Part shown: piece after piece, positions 1-10,861 of the stretch
Layout: each line of letters begins with the position of its first letter
Position numbering within the stretch: the stretch's first letter is position 1
Assembly (NCBI GenBank): GCA_965140445.1
Contig: OZ223236.1
Location: 1,216,001-1,280,000 of the forward strand
Direction: 5' to 3'
DNA from: Candidatus Ozemobacteraceae bacterium
GTDB lineage: Bacteria > Muiribacteriota > Ozemobacteria > Ozemobacterales > Ozemobacteraceae
DNA: 64,000 nucleotides
Program-made: the position numbers and the translations under genes
Notes under the pieces: generated by a model
The model's database searches: none
What the model was told of the DNA's origin: nothing
Seen by the model: the letters and a program-made list of their open reading frames with translations, nothing else

Positions 1-1226
1 ATTAACCTTCTAAGGTCTGTGATTGCAGTGAGAAGATTTGTGTGAACAGGGTTGAATACTTTTACTTCTACGTTTGGATATTCCATGAGTTCCTGGAGAT
101 AATCCTGCCCGAGAAGTTTTCTGGTGAGGTTCTTAGTTCCGCGTGCATCCATCATTAGACGAATCTTAAGGCCCTGCTGAGCTTTTTTCAGAAGCATTCC
201 AAGCATTGACATCCCGAATGCATCCTTATCAACGATGAAATACTGTATATCAATTGAATGTCTGGCATCTTCAAGAATTCTCCATCTTGAATACCAGGCT
301 TTGGAATTCTGATAATGAAGGCTAACTTCACTTGTATCAGAACCATTGGAGTATGAAGTTACAAATTTGTCGAAAGTAATTTCAACTGGTGGAGCAAATC
401 TTGAGCCCATATCTTCATACCAGATCTGGAACTTTTCAAAATCACCCTGTGTATTGTTGAACTTAAACAGTTTGCTTGCATAGCCAACCCATCTGGTAAC
501 TTTTACCGGGAAAGCAAGCCATGAAGTGTTTCTGTATTTTGAATAGCTTTCTTGAGATGTGTTATAAGTGCCGTTTAAAGCATTTTTCCATTGTTTGTGT
601 TTTTTGCCTGCTTCAAGATATTTGATGCGTTCTTTGGCAGCGATTGCTATTTTGCTGTTTGGATTCTTTGCTCCAATTGTGGAGAGAACTTTTTCAGCAG
701 TCTCGACATCATCTTTAAGTAATTCATGCGCTTTAGCTAACTCGTATTTTGCAAGGTCTGCAAATTTTGAATCAGGGTTTTCATCAATATACTTTGCAAG
801 CAATTTCATTGCTGAATCTGGACTTTTGCGGTTCTTATCGGACCATACTGCCTGAAGAATTTTCTTAAGCTGATCAGGAAGCTGGATTTTTTTTACAACT
901 TTCTTGGTTTGGCCTTCACCAGTTGATGTTGCCTGAGCTTCGCCATTGTAAGATTCTTCTGCTGAATTTGTATCAATATCTGAAGTATCAACATTTTCAG
1001 TTGGTTTGCTCAGATTACCTTCATAAACAGCTTTTGCTGCTTTGAATTCAGCCAGTAGTCCTTCAAGCTGTGCTTGAGGAACTTTTTCTATTACGGCATT
1101 CCTGTATGCGTTGTAGGCAGCTACGTATGCATCATAGTCTGATCTAACGTCTGCGTGAAGGATAGATCCCCCAAGCACCAGCATAAGGAAGGACGCGATT
1201 ACAATAAGTCTTCTTAGATTATTCAT
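1..1226 (-). CDS. Secreted phospholipase D/cardiolipin synthase-like protein (partial, runs off window start)
   Basis: Manual translation from ATG at 1226 (GGAGG upstream): signal peptide MNNLRRLIVIASFLMLVLGG, helical region, then the PLD-type segment AWYSRWRILEDARHSIDIQYFIVDKD...IRLMMDARG...VEVKVFNP. HKD motifs would lie outside the window. Confidence 0.75.
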   Translation of the reverse strand, partial: MNNLRRLIVIASFLMLVLGGSILHADVRSDYDAYVAAYNAYRNAVIEKVPQAQLEGLLAEFKAAKAVYEGNLSKPTENVDTSDIDTNSAEESYNGEAQATSTGEGQTKKVVKKIQLPDQLKKILQAVWSDKNRKSPDSAMKLLAKYIDENPDSKFADLAKYELAKAHELLKDDVETAEKVLSTIGAKNPNSKIAIAAKERIKYLEAGKKHKQWKNALNGTYNTSQESYSKYRNTSWLAFPVKVTRWVGYASKLFKFNNTQGDFEKFQIWYEDMGSRFAPPVEITFDKFVTSYSNGSDTSEVSLHYQNSKAWYSRWRILEDARHSIDIQYFIVDKDAFGMSMLGMLLKKAQQGLKIRLMMDARGTKNLTRKLLGQDYLQELMEYPNVEVKVFNPVHTNLLTAITDLRRL

Positions 1227-1306
1227 CTAACCCGCCTCCGATAAAATATTATTGGTTAATTATAATAAATTTATGATCAAATCGGAAGGGTACAGAAAAA
1301 AACTTA

Positions 1307-1858
1307 TTAATCTGCTTCAGAAACTTTTTTAATGGGCTTTTTTTCCAGCGTTATTCTTACGATGAAAACTAATACAGCTGATATCAAAGGAAGAAGGAAA
1401 AAGCGCAATACAAAAGGACCCTGGTAGAAAAATGTGGTGATTCTTCCAGGGGCTTTTTGGGTCAATCTTAATTTATATGTTCCATGACCTGCGGGAGGAG
1501 CATACTTGGTGAACCACTTTCCCGGGTTTGGAACAATTCCATTGGAGTATTTTTTTATGTCAAAAACGTCTTTGGTAATAACATCGCCTTTTGGTGTTAT
1601 TACTTCAAGTTCACCTTTTACATCCACATCTTTTGCCGCAATATCAATTTGAATAGGGTCTACTCCCATTGCATCAAATTCTATCTCTGTGGTTGCCGGA
1701 AAAGCATAATTTTCTTTTTGTTCCACTCCAATCACTCCACTTCCGAGTGGATACTGGAAGTATGCTGGATCAACAATAAGGGCACAGATGCCCAGTGCAA
1801 CTGACACTACTAAGGTTAGTTTCAGATTGGTTCCCCATTTGGTTCCCTGTCCGGACAT
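1307..1858 (-). CDS. Hypothetical membrane protein (N- and C-terminal TM helices)
   Basis: 183 aa ORF immediately downstream of clpB, hydrophobic at both ends. Confidence 0.6.
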   Translation of the reverse strand: MSGQGTKWGTNLKLTLVVSVALGICALIVDPAYFQYPLGSGVIGVEQKENYAFPATTEIEFDAMGVDPIQIDIAAKDVDVKGELEVITPKGDVITKDVFDIKKYSNGIVPNPGKWFTKYAPPAGHGTYKLRLTQKAPGRITTFFYQGPFVLRFFLLPLISAVLVFIVRITLEKKPIKKVSEAD

Positions 1859-1880
1859 TCTGTACCCCCATGAATTCGAT

Positions 1881-4481
1881 TTATTTTATTGTTGGTCGAT
1901 CGTTCTCTATATCAACCTGAATAGTTTGATCGTCTTTGATTTCGTTGGATATTATAGCTCTTGCGATAAGAGTTTCAAGTTCTTTTTGAAGAAGTCGTTT
2001 GAGTGGCCTTGCGCCATATACAGGACTATAGCCTTTTTCAATCATCCAATGTCTTGCGGAATCAGATAGAGTAATGTTTACATTTCGATCTGCCAGGCGT
2101 TTTTCAATGTCGGAAATTTGAATATCCATGATTTTTTCCAACTCCGATTTTTGCAAAGGCGCAAACAGGACAATATCGTCAACACGGTTATAAAATTCAG
2201 GCTTAAAGAAAAGTTTTACTTCCTTGAGAATTTTTTGTCTTGTATCTTCATCAATTTCACCCGAATCGCCAATATCAGATATGAGAGTTTGGGCTCCAAT
2301 ATTGCTGGTCATAATTACAACAACATTTTTAAAGTCTACAGTTCTGCCTCTTGAGTCGGTCAATCTACCATCGTCAAGAATCTGAAGCAGAACGTTAAAA
2401 ACTTCTGGATGAGCTTTTTCTATTTCATCAAACAATAAAACTGAATATGGTTTTCTACGAATGGCTTCGGTTAGCTGACCACCGACATCATGTCCAATGT
2501 ATCCTGGAGGCGCTCCAATCAAACGAGATACGGAGTGCTTTTCCATGTATTCACTCATGTCTATTCTAACAATGTTGTCTTCTGAATCAAATAAAGATTG
2601 TGCAAGGGCTTTTGCAAGTTCTGTTTTTCCCACGCCGGTTGGGCCTAGAAAGATAAATGAACCGATTGGTTTCTGCGGGTCTTTAATGCCGGCTCTGGAT
2701 CTGATTACGGCATCTGTAACCTTTTGAACCGCTTCATCTTGCCCAATAACCCTCTGATGAAGGTGATTGTTCAGCTGGAGTAGCTTTTCCCTTTCTCCTT
2801 CAATCAATTTTGTTACGGGAATTCCTGTCCATCTGCTTACAATGTCTGCAACTTCTTCTTCTGTTACTACTTCGCGGACAAGCTTTCCGGTGCTTTGCTT
2901 CTGTTCAAGTTCCTTTTCCAGGTTTTCAAGGTCTTTAATGGCATTTGGCAACTGACCATGTTTTAATTCGGCAGCTAGATTCAGGTCATAATCGCGCTCT
3001 GCTTTTTGGATATCGGTGTGAAGTTTTTCAATAAGTTCGCGTTGTGACTGAACTCTTTTAATTACTTCACGCTCATTTTCCCACTGAGCCTTCATTGAAT
3101 CGCCTTCCTGACGCAAATCAGCCAGCTCTTTGCGCAATGCTTCAAGACGTTTTTTGCTGTGATCGTCGCTTTCTTTAACCAGAGCGGCTTCTTCGATTTC
3201 AAGTTGCATTATTCTTCTGGTTACTTTATCCAGGTCGGTAGGCATTGATTCAATATCTGTCCTGATCATGGCGCAAGCTTCGTCAATAAGGTCAATCGCT
3301 TTATCAGGTAGAAATCTGTCAGCAATATATCTATGGGAAAGGGTGCTGGCGGCAACCAGCGCTCTATCGTGAATTTTTACCCCATGAAAGACCTCAAATC
3401 TTTCCTTTAAGCCACGAAGAATTGATATTGTGTCAGCCATGTCGGGCTGATCTACCAATACAGGTTGGAAACGTCTTTCCAAGGCTGCATCTTTTTCAAT
3501 GTATTTGCGGTATTCATCAAGAGTAGTTGCGCCAATACAATGGAGTTCGCCTCTTGCCAGCATTGGCTTGAGCATATTACCTGCATCCATGGAGCCTTCT
3601 GTTTTTCCGGCACCAACGATTGTGTGAAGCTCATCAATAAATAGAATGATTCTACCATCAGAGCTTTTTATTTCAGCAAGAACGGCTTTCAAGCGTTCTT
3701 CAAATTCACCGCGAAACTTTGCCCCGGCAATTAGCGCACCCATATCAAGAGCAAAGACCGTTTTGTCGCGCAAACTTTCGGGAACGTCTCCTGCTAGAAT
3801 TCTCTGCGCTAATCCTTCTGCTATAGCTGTTTTACCAACACCAGGCTCACCAATCAAAACTGGATTGTTTTTGGTTTTTCGCGACAAAATACGAACAACT
3901 CGGCGAATTTCCGAATCCCTGCCAATAACCGGGTCCATTTTCCCTGTACTGGCAAGTTTTACCAGATCGCGGCCGTATTTTTCCAGAGCTTCATAGGTTT
4001 GCTCAGGATTTGCTGATGTTACCCTCTGGTTTCCGCGCACTGCGGTAAGGGCGAGCAGGAATTGGTCCTTTGTAATGCTAAGTTCATTGAAAATTTTACC
4101 AACAGGCTCTTGTGCGCCGGCGGCAATCATAGCGAGAATAAAATGTTCTACCGACAAGTATTCGTCTTTAAGCTGCTTCATTTCGGCTTCTGCCTGAAGC
4201 ATTATTTTAGACAGCTTATGACTTACATAAAATTTATCGGGAGTCATCCCCGGCCCACTGATTCTCGGAAGCTTTGCTATTGCCTCTTCGACTCTAAGTT
4301 TAAACGATGGAAGAGGAATATTTATTTTGTTAAGCAACCTTGGTACAAGGTCATTTTCTTCTGAGACAAGTGCCAAAAGGAGGTGCTCCGGGTTAATTTC
4401 CTGATGGCCGTATTGGATTGCCAGATTTTGTGCTTTTTGTAAGGCTTCTTGTGACTTTTGTGTAAATTTATTTAAATCCAT
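1881..4481 (-). CDS. clpB: ATP-dependent chaperone ClpB
   Basis: 866 aa; Clp N domain, Walker A motifs GEPGVGKT and GPTGVGKT, coiled-coil middle domain, [23 protein letters not shown]. Confidence 0.98.
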   Translation of the reverse strand: MDLNKFTQKSQEALQKAQNLAIQYGHQEINPEHLLLALVSEENDLVPRLLNKINIPLPSFKLRVEEAIAKLPRISGPGMTPDKFYVSHKLSKIMLQAEAEMKQLKDEYLSVEHFILAMIAAGAQEPVGKIFNELSITKDQFLLALTAVRGNQRVTSANPEQTYEALEKYGRDLVKLASTGKMDPVIGRDSEIRRVVRILSRKTKNNPVLIGEPGVGKTAIAEGLAQRILAGDVPESLRDKTVFALDMGALIAGAKFRGEFEERLKAVLAEIKSSDGRIILFIDELHTIVGAGKTEGSMDAGNMLKPMLARGELHCIGATTLDEYRKYIEKDAALERRFQPVLVDQPDMADTISILRGLKERFEVFHGVKIHDRALVAASTLSHRYIADRFLPDKAIDLIDEACAMIRTDIESMPTDLDKVTRRIMQLEIEEAALVKESDDHSKKRLEALRKELADLRQEGDSMKAQWENEREVIKRVQSQRELIEKLHTDIQKAERDYDLNLAAELKHGQLPNAIKDLENLEKELEQKQSTGKLVREVVTEEEVADIVSRWTGIPVTKLIEGEREKLLQLNNHLHQRVIGQDEAVQKVTDAVIRSRAGIKDPQKPIGSFIFLGPTGVGKTELAKALAQSLFDSEDNIVRIDMSEYMEKHSVSRLIGAPPGYIGHDVGGQLTEAIRRKPYSVLLFDEIEKAHPEVFNVLLQILDDGRLTDSRGRTVDFKNVVVIMTSNIGAQTLISDIGDSGEIDEDTRQKILKEVKLFFKPEFYNRVDDIVLFAPLQKSELEKIMDIQISDIEKRLADRNVNITLSDSARHWMIEKGYSPVYGARPLKRLLQKELETLIARAIISNEIKDDQTIQVDIENDRPTIK

Positions 4482-4528
4482 ATTCGTAACCTCTTTTCGT
4501 TCAAACTCTCAATTGCATATTATAACAT

Positions 4529-4545
4529 TGCAATATGCATGCCAG
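4529..4545 (-). promoter_or_regulatory. Sigma-54 (-24/-12) promoter upstream of clpB
   Basis: Minus strand reads CTGGCATGCATATTGCA, matching TGGCAC-N5-TTGCA, about 50 bp upstream of the clpB ATG. Confidence 0.65.
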
Positions 4546-4819
4546 ACAGCCAGAATGTTTTTGAAACAGCTCGCAGACAGCGATTCCAGGAAAGCAATCG
4601 AGTAAGAAAGGTTTTCAAAAATTGAATGCTACGTCGCATTTCATTTCTTTGCGACAGCCTTGGCAAATATAGCACCTGATGATTCTGTTTGCGGTCTAAA
4701 TTTCAACTTACACGCAAGTTTTAACGGATAAAAAGTTACAGTTTTCCTTGTGAAAAGTAACTAAATCTGGATTAAATGATGTACTGTTTTATTGGAATTG
4801 TCTGCTTAAAGGAGTGGAA

Positions 4820-5389
4820 ATGCTAAAAAGAATATGTGTTTATTGTGGTTCCAGCTCTGGAGCTCGTTCTGAGTATATTGAATATGCTACAAAGCTTGGT
4901 AAATTGTTAGCCGAAAAAGACATTGAACTTGTATATGGTGGGGCAGAAGTTGGATTGATGGGCGCTGTTGCGTCTTCTGTGATGAATAACGGGGGAAAAG
5001 TAATTGGCATAATCCCGGAGTCATTTGCTGATAAAGTCGGAAAAAATAATCTAACTGAATTTCATGTGGTTCCTAGTATGCACGAGCGCAAGAAAATGAT
5101 GTTTGATTTGTCCGATGGTTTTATTGCGTTGCCGGGCGGTTTTGGAACCCTGGAAGAAGTTTTTGAAATTCTTACCTGGGCCCAATTGGGATTTCATGCC
5201 AAGCCATGCGGGGTAGTAAATGTTTGTGGGTTTTATGAAAAGTTATTTGATTTTCTTGATCATGCCGTTGAGCAGTCATTTATTAAGAAAAATCACCGCG
5301 AAACCCTTTTGGTAAGCGATGATCTGAACGATCTTTTAGACCAATTTGAAAGATACGATGCACCAATTGTCGGGAAATGGGATGAATAA
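4820..5389 (+). CDS. LOG family nucleotide phosphoribohydrolase (TIGR00730-like)
   Basis: CVYCGSS, LVYGG..VGLMG, MHERK, PGGFGTLEE motifs. Confidence 0.93.
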   Translation: MLKRICVYCGSSSGARSEYIEYATKLGKLLAEKDIELVYGGAEVGLMGAVASSVMNNGGKVIGIIPESFADKVGKNNLTEFHVVPSMHERKKMMFDLSDGFIALPGGFGTLEEVFEILTWAQLGFHAKPCGVVNVCGFYEKLFDFLDHAVEQSFIKKNHRETLLVSDDLNDLLDQFERYDAPIVGKWDE

Positions 5390-5406
5390 AGCTGGATCTT
5401 TAAACT

Positions 5407-5808
5407 CTATTCGGATTTTTTGGCAAAGACAAGGATGTGTCCATCAAAATCCATTGAGTAAGCAGCAGAATCTCCCCAGCCTCTGGCTTTAAGTGGGCTA
5501 AGCTCTTTTGCACCAAAGCTTATAGCTCGATTGTGATACTTATCTGGATTATCGACGGTAAGATACAGTTCTGCACGAGGAATAGGTCTATCACTGCAAG
5601 GGTCGGGAAGCACATCTCCCAGAAGGCTTTTTATGCCTTTTTCTGGCATTAATCCTAATGTTGTTCTATCTGCTAATTTGAATTCAGTCATACCCGGGAC
5701 ATTCAGTGCTGGCTCTATTTCAAGAACGCTCTGGTAGAAGGCGGTGCTTTTTTCCTGGTTAGAAACATATAAGATAATATTAGTCGCTGAAATCATGGAT
5801 GTCTCCAA
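5407..5808 (-). CDS. VOC/glyoxalase family protein
   Basis: ILYVSNQEKSTAFY...WGDSAAYSMDFDGHIL pattern. Confidence 0.8.
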   Translation of the reverse strand: METSMISATNIILYVSNQEKSTAFYQSVLEIEPALNVPGMTEFKLADRTTLGLMPEKGIKSLLGDVLPDPCSDRPIPRAELYLTVDNPDKYHNRAISFGAKELSPLKARGWGDSAAYSMDFDGHILVFAKKSE

Positions 5809-5827
5809 TGTAGTTATCTTTACAAAT

Positions 5828-6859
5828 TTAAGCTATTGATTTTGTAGTTTTCAGCAAGCTGTAGTAGCCAAAACCCATAATGGTTTCTGGAGTGGAGAAT
5901 CCTGCTTCAACGAGAAGCTCGGTCAATTCATTTAAGGTAAATTGTTTAGACTGATGGTTTGCATACATTAACAGATCGTAAGCAACGGTATGTTTTGGAC
6001 TAAGCTTATTTTCATCTAGAAGGCACTCAAATATAAACAGCTCAGCATTTGATGGCATATTTTCTTTAAAGTTTTGCAAAATTTTTAAGGATTTTTGCAT
6101 TGGCCAGTCATGTAAAACATTGCTTAGAAAAAATGCATCAGCTTCAATTGAAATGGGATCAACAAACCAGTTTCCACCGTGAAAATTTATGGAATCTGGA
6201 TCAACATAGCGCGAAACAATTTTTTTAGCTGATTCGCAAACTTGAGGAAGCTCAAACAAAGTAAGCTTCTTGCCTGGATAAAGCTGTCTTAAGGCTGAAA
6301 GCAATACCCCTGATCCGCCACCAACATCTACAACGTGATCAAATTGCTCAAAAACCCCGCTTTTTACAACTCCTATGCAAGGCCCAGATATGTTTGTATG
6401 CATCATTCCTGTGAATCTCTCAGCAGCCTGTTGAGAAAGAGTTCCTTCTTCCCACATTGCGGTAAAAGGTTTTCCATCAGCCCCAATTGGAGACCATCCC
6501 TCTTTTATGGTCCCGAGAATTTTTTCGTGCCAAAACTCTTTCCTGCTGGAGAATTGAAATCCTCTGTAAATAGGAGAACTACGGACAAAATAGGCTTTGA
6601 CAAAATCTTCCAAAAAGTAGAGATCGTTTGAAAAATTCAAATAACCGTATGCGGTTAAAACTCTTATTATACAATCTATTGCTTCCTCGTTTGCATTTAA
6701 GGAGCGAGCTATGCTTTCAGTTGTATTCCCGTTATCTGAAAAACTTGAAAATATCCCGACTTCATCTGCGACGGTTACGCATGCCTTAGCAACAGATGCC
6801 ATAAATAAATCACAAACCTTGTTATCTTCCGGGACAGCAAAATTAAGCAAGTTTTTCAT
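5828..6859 (-). CDS. SAM-dependent O-methyltransferase (Methyltransf_2 type with dimerisation domain)
   Basis: VVDVGGGSG, LFELPQV, SNVLHDW; ATG at 6859 has a GGAG RBS. Confidence 0.88.
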   Translation of the reverse strand: MKNLLNFAVPEDNKVCDLFMASVAKACVTVADEVGIFSSFSDNGNTTESIARSLNANEEAIDCIIRVLTAYGYLNFSNDLYFLEDFVKAYFVRSSPIYRGFQFSSRKEFWHEKILGTIKEGWSPIGADGKPFTAMWEEGTLSQQAAERFTGMMHTNISGPCIGVVKSGVFEQFDHVVDVGGGSGVLLSALRQLYPGKKLTLFELPQVCESAKKIVSRYVDPDSINFHGGNWFVDPISIEADAFFLSNVLHDWPMQKSLKILQNFKENMPSNAELFIFECLLDENKLSPKHTVAYDLLMYANHQSKQFTLNELTELLVEAGFSTPETIMGFGYYSLLKTTKSIA

Positions 6860-7111
6860 TTGGTCTCCTATGTTCGATTTTAGCTTTTTTACGTTTCGAT
6901 CATCAGAAAGTAACAAATTACCAATCTGAATCCGCAATTTTGATTTTGAAACAAATCAAAATTATTTAATCTTTTTATGTAAGTATACAGTTCCAGAGCC
7001 TGTTTGGATATAAAATGTCTAGGTGTGAATTCCTGTATCACAATCGCTTAAAGCTTTTGAATATGGTTTTTATTTTATGCGAAAGTTTCGCGGGAACCTT
7101 ATAAATTTTTG

Positions 7112-7129
7112 TTGTGAAAAAGTTCACGA
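7112..7129. promoter_or_regulatory. Rex/CRP-like palindromic operator upstream of the acl operon
   Basis: TTGTGAA-AAAG-TTCACGA matches the Rex consensus TTGTGAA-N4-TTCACAA with one mismatch; it also fits CRP-type TGTGA-N6-TCACA geometry. Confidence 0.5.
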
Positions 7130-7255
7130 TAAAGGTGGATTGGACAAAATTTGGATATTTTTTCTGAAATTGCAAATTAAACTTGACTTAAAATTTTAAA
7201 CAAAGCTATACCAATACTATCTCAAGCCTAAACCTACTACATCAGGAGAGAAAAA

Positions 7256-8527
7256 ATGGCCCAAAGAGGAATAAGGGAATATCATGGCAAGAAGTTGCTT
7301 GCAAAGCATCTCGACGCCTATATTGAAGACAGCATCGGTTACGATGGAAAGATCGTTCTTGTTGATGAAAACACCAACTGGGACAAGCTTAAGCAAGAAA
7401 ATCCATGGCTTACAAGCGAAAAACTGGTTGCCAAACCTGACCAGCTTTTCGGTAAAAGAGGAAAGCACGGACTTGTTCTTGTAAACAAAGATTTTGAAGA
7501 AGCTAAAAAATGGGTTCTGGAAAGAATGGGCAAGGCCCAGACAGTAAACCAGATCGATGGCGTATTGACTCATTTCATTATTGAGCCTTGCGTTGCCCAT
7601 GAAGTTGAATATTATGCTGCAATTAAGTCTGCTGCTGAAGGCGATGTAATTTATTTCTCGCTTGAAGGCGGAATTAATGTTGAAGAAAATTGGGATAAGG
7701 TCGTTTCGATTCCTGTTCCAATAATCGAAGGCGTTGATGGCGTAAATATAGAAGCAGCTTTGCCCGCAGAACTTGGCGAAAAGAAAACTCTCGTAGCAAC
7801 CTTCCTAAAAGGGCTTTATAAGTATTTTGCAGCAATGCATTTTGCTTATCTTGAAATCAACCCCTTCGCAATAGCTGGTGATACAATTCTCCCGCTTGAT
7901 ATGGTTGCCAAACTTGATGATACTGCAGAATATCTTTGTGGTCGTCAGTGGGGCGAAGATATGGAATTTCCGGCAGCTTTTGGTCAGAGACTCAGCCCTG
8001 AAGAACTTAAGATTCGTGAATTGGATGCGCTTTCTGGTGCTTCATTGAAACTGACTCTTCTCAATCCTGACGGAATTATCTGGAATATGGTTGCTGGCGG
8101 CGGCGCATCAGTTATTTATGCTGATACGGTTTGCGATCTTGGTTTTGCCAAAGAACTTGCCATGTATGGCGAATATTCTGGAAACCCCAGCACTAACCTT
8201 ACTTATGAATATGCGAAAGTTTTGCTTGATTTGATGACTCGCAAGCCTGATCCACAAGGCCGTCCTAAGACGTTGATTCTTGGTGGTGGTATTGCTAACT
8301 TCACAGATGTAGCCAAAACTTTTACTGGTATAATTCAGGCTCTCAACGAATACGCTGACAAGCTCAAAGCTGTAAATGCAAGAGTTTTTGTTCGACGCGG
8401 TGGACCTAACTATGAAGTTGGTCTGGTTAACCTTAAAAAGGCCGTCGAAAAGCTTGGCGTCCCAATAGAAGTTCATGGGCCAGAATATCACATGACTCGC
8501 ATCGTTTCTGATGCGTTCAAGTCTTAA
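7256..8527 (+). CDS. aclB: ATP-citrate lyase, ATP-grasp/citrate-binding subunit
   Basis: AKPDQLFGKRGK, YLEINP, AKLDDTA, MVAGGGASVIYAD, GEYSGNP, GGGIANFTDVA, RRGGPNY. Confidence 0.93.
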   Translation: MAQRGIREYHGKKLLAKHLDAYIEDSIGYDGKIVLVDENTNWDKLKQENPWLTSEKLVAKPDQLFGKRGKHGLVLVNKDFEEAKKWVLERMGKAQTVNQIDGVLTHFIIEPCVAHEVEYYAAIKSAAEGDVIYFSLEGGINVEENWDKVVSIPVPIIEGVDGVNIEAALPAELGEKKTLVATFLKGLYKYFAAMHFAYLEINPFAIAGDTILPLDMVAKLDDTAEYLCGRQWGEDMEFPAAFGQRLSPEELKIRELDALSGASLKLTLLNPDGIIWNMVAGGGASVIYADTVCDLGFAKELAMYGEYSGNPSTNLTYEYAKVLLDLMTRKPDPQGRPKTLILGGGIANFTDVAKTFTGIIQALNEYADKLKAVNARVFVRRGGPNYEVGLVNLKKAVEKLGVPIEVHGPEYHMTRIVSDAFKS

Positions 8528-8551
8528 TCAGTGAAAGGAAGGTATGCAGAT

Positions 8552-10396
8552 ATGAGTCGTCCAGATTATTTGCTTTTTGATAGAAATACCCGCGCCCTGA
8601 TCTATGGAATGCAGACCAAGGCCATTCAGAGAATGTTAGATTTCGATTATTGCTGTCGCAGAGAAACTCCATCAGTTGCCGCAATCATCGATCCCGGAAA
8701 ATTCGGCAGCCAGAAAGCCTTTTTCGGTAAAAAAGAAATTTTCATACCAGTTTATCCAAATGTGCAAACAGCTTGTGATTGTCATCCTGATATGGATGTG
8801 ATGATTAACTTCGCATCTTTCAGAAGCTCTTATGACACCACTATGGAAGCTCTTGTTGTTGAACAGCTTCGCACCGTTGTTGTAATCGCTGAAGGTATCC
8901 CTGAAAGACTTGCAAGGCATCTTCGTGCTGTGGCCGTAAAAAATAACAAAATTGTAATTGGTCCAGCTACAGTTGGTGGTATTGCTGCCGGAGCGTTCAA
9001 AGTTGCCAATACTGGCGGAACAATTGAAAACATTATTGATTCCAAACTTCATCGCCCTGGTTCAGTTGGTTTCGTCAGCAAATCTGGCGGGATGTCCAAC
9101 GAAGCTTATAACATTATCGCCAGAAATACAGATGGTCTTTTCGAAGGAATTGCAATCGGTGGTGACGCCTACGCCGGATCAACTCTTACTGAGCATCTGG
9201 TGAGATTCGAAGCTAATCCGGCAATCAAAATGCTGGTTTGTCTCGGCGAAGTTGGCGGAGAAGAAGAGTGGAACATCGTTGAAGCCGTTAAAACAGGTAA
9301 AATCACTAAGCCTCTTGTAATGTGGGTTACCGGAACTTCAATCAAGCACATGCCAAAAGGCATTCAGTTTGGCCACGCCGGTGCAAAAGCCGACGCTACA
9401 CGCGAAACAGCAGAAGCCAAAAACGCTGCTCTCAAGGAAGTTGGCGTTATAGTTCCTGAATCATTTGATGATTATGACAAAGCTATCAAAGCCACTTATG
9501 ACAAGCTTGTAGCTGAAGGTAAGATCGTTCCTGCAGCTGAAGTTGAGCCGCCAACAATTCCAATGGATTACGCTGACGCTGTTAAGCAAAACAAAGTTCG
9601 TAAGCCAACTAACTTCACATGCACAATTTCAGATGATTCAAAAGACGAATTGATCTATGCTGGCCACAAAATCAGCAAAGTAATTGGTGAAAACTACTCT
9701 GTTGGTGAAACAATTGGACTCTTGTGGTTCAAGGAAAGATTGCCAAAATGGGCCGCCGAATTTATGGAAATCGTGATCAAGCTTTGCGCCGATCATGGTC
9801 CTTGCGTGTCTGGTGCCCATAATACAATCGTAACAGCAAGAGCTGGTCGCGATCTGATGAGTGCTGTTGCCTCTGGAATCCTGACTATCGGTCCAAGATT
9901 CGGTGGAGCTGTCGCCGGCGCTGCCTTGATGTTCAAAGAAGCTCAGGACAAAGGTCTTGATCCATTTGATTACATTGCAGATCTGAAGAAAAACAACATC
10001 AAAATTCAGGGAATTGGTCACAAGATCAAGAGTGTTAAAAACCCTGACCAGCGTGTTGAACTGCTTAAAGACTTCGCCAAGAAGAATTTCCCTGCAACCA
10101 GATTGCTGGATTTCGCTCTTGAAGTTGAAAAGCTTACCACAGCTAAAAAAGACACCCTCATCCTCAACGTTGATGGATGTATCGGTGTTCTTTCAGTTGA
10201 TATGATGTATGGCCTCGGCTGGAGTGAAGAAAAGATCCAGCAGGTAGTAGACGGTGGCGGCCTTAACGGTCTCTTCCTTCTCGGCCGCACAATCGGCATG
10301 ATCGGTCACTACATGGATCAATCTCGCCAGAAAGCTGGACTCTATCGTCACCCAATGGATGACATTCTTTATGATCTTCCAGAACTGGTAGACTAA
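8552..10396 (+). CDS. aclA: ATP-citrate lyase, CoA-binding/citryl-CoA lyase subunit
   Basis: NFASFRS, IGPATVGG, SKSGGMSNE, phospho-His motif QFGHAGA, ADHGPCVSGAHN, GIGHKIKS, LNVDGCIG. Confidence 0.94.
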   Translation: MSRPDYLLFDRNTRALIYGMQTKAIQRMLDFDYCCRRETPSVAAIIDPGKFGSQKAFFGKKEIFIPVYPNVQTACDCHPDMDVMINFASFRSSYDTTMEALVVEQLRTVVVIAEGIPERLARHLRAVAVKNNKIVIGPATVGGIAAGAFKVANTGGTIENIIDSKLHRPGSVGFVSKSGGMSNEAYNIIARNTDGLFEGIAIGGDAYAGSTLTEHLVRFEANPAIKMLVCLGEVGGEEEWNIVEAVKTGKITKPLVMWVTGTSIKHMPKGIQFGHAGAKADATRETAEAKNAALKEVGVIVPESFDDYDKAIKATYDKLVAEGKIVPAAEVEPPTIPMDYADAVKQNKVRKPTNFTCTISDDSKDELIYAGHKISKVIGENYSVGETIGLLWFKERLPKWAAEFMEIVIKLCADHGPCVSGAHNTIVTARAGRDLMSAVASGILTIGPRFGGAVAGAALMFKEAQDKGLDPFDYIADLKKNNIKIQGIGHKIKSVKNPDQRVELLKDFAKKNFPATRLLDFALEVEKLTTAKKDTLILNVDGCIGVLSVDMMYGLGWSEEKIQQVVDGGGLNGLFLLGRTIGMIGHYMDQSRQKAGLYRHPMDDILYDLPELVD

Positions 10397-10410
10397 GCTT
10401 TTTAAATAAG

Positions 10411-10461
10411 CGCAAAAACAATGCCACCCCGCCATTGCGGCGGGGTGGCATTGTTTTTGCG
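10411..10461. terminator. Bidirectional intrinsic terminator
   Basis: Perfect 23-bp inverted repeat CGCAAAAACAATGCCACCCCGCC / GGCGGGGTGGCATTGTTTTTGCG with 5-nt loop, between convergent genes. Confidence 0.9.
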
Positions 10462-10477
10462 AATTTTCTGATATTTC

Positions 10478-10702
10478 CTAATGATTCATTAAAAAATTTA
10501 CTGCCATGACAAGAATTGTAAGGGCCGCACTTAGATACCCAAGCCAGTAAAACCAAAATCTGATCCAGCTTTCCTTTCGAGTATAAACCCAAAAACGGTG
10601 ACCAATTTCGCCAGTTTTAAGTGCGCGGTGCAGTAAATAAAAAATAAAGCCGTCGATAATAATAACCAGAAAAGCCAACGCCAGATTGCCATTAATATTC
10701 AT
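10478..10702 (-). CDS. Small hypothetical membrane protein
   Basis: 74 aa with two TM segments; convergent on the terminator. Confidence 0.55.
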   Translation of the reverse strand: MNINGNLALAFLVIIIDGFIFYLLHRALKTGEIGHRFWVYTRKESWIRFWFYWLGYLSAALTILVMAVNFLMNH

Positions 10703-10861
10703 TCGTAAAATTCTCTCTTATGTCTTTTATTATGAATTTTAATTGTTTCAGGTTGCAAAGGTAAAATTTTATTTTTTTTAGCGTAACAATATTTGTTAAA
10801 ATTGTTAAAAGCAAATAACCTGGCTTACTATTCAAGCGATTTGTTTAAATATGGAGTGAAA

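Noticed and set aside
7256..10396. Succinyl-CoA synthetase annotation
   Set aside because: The C-terminal citrate-synthase-like domain (ADHGP, GIGH, LNVDG) and GGGIANFT identify ATP-citrate lyase
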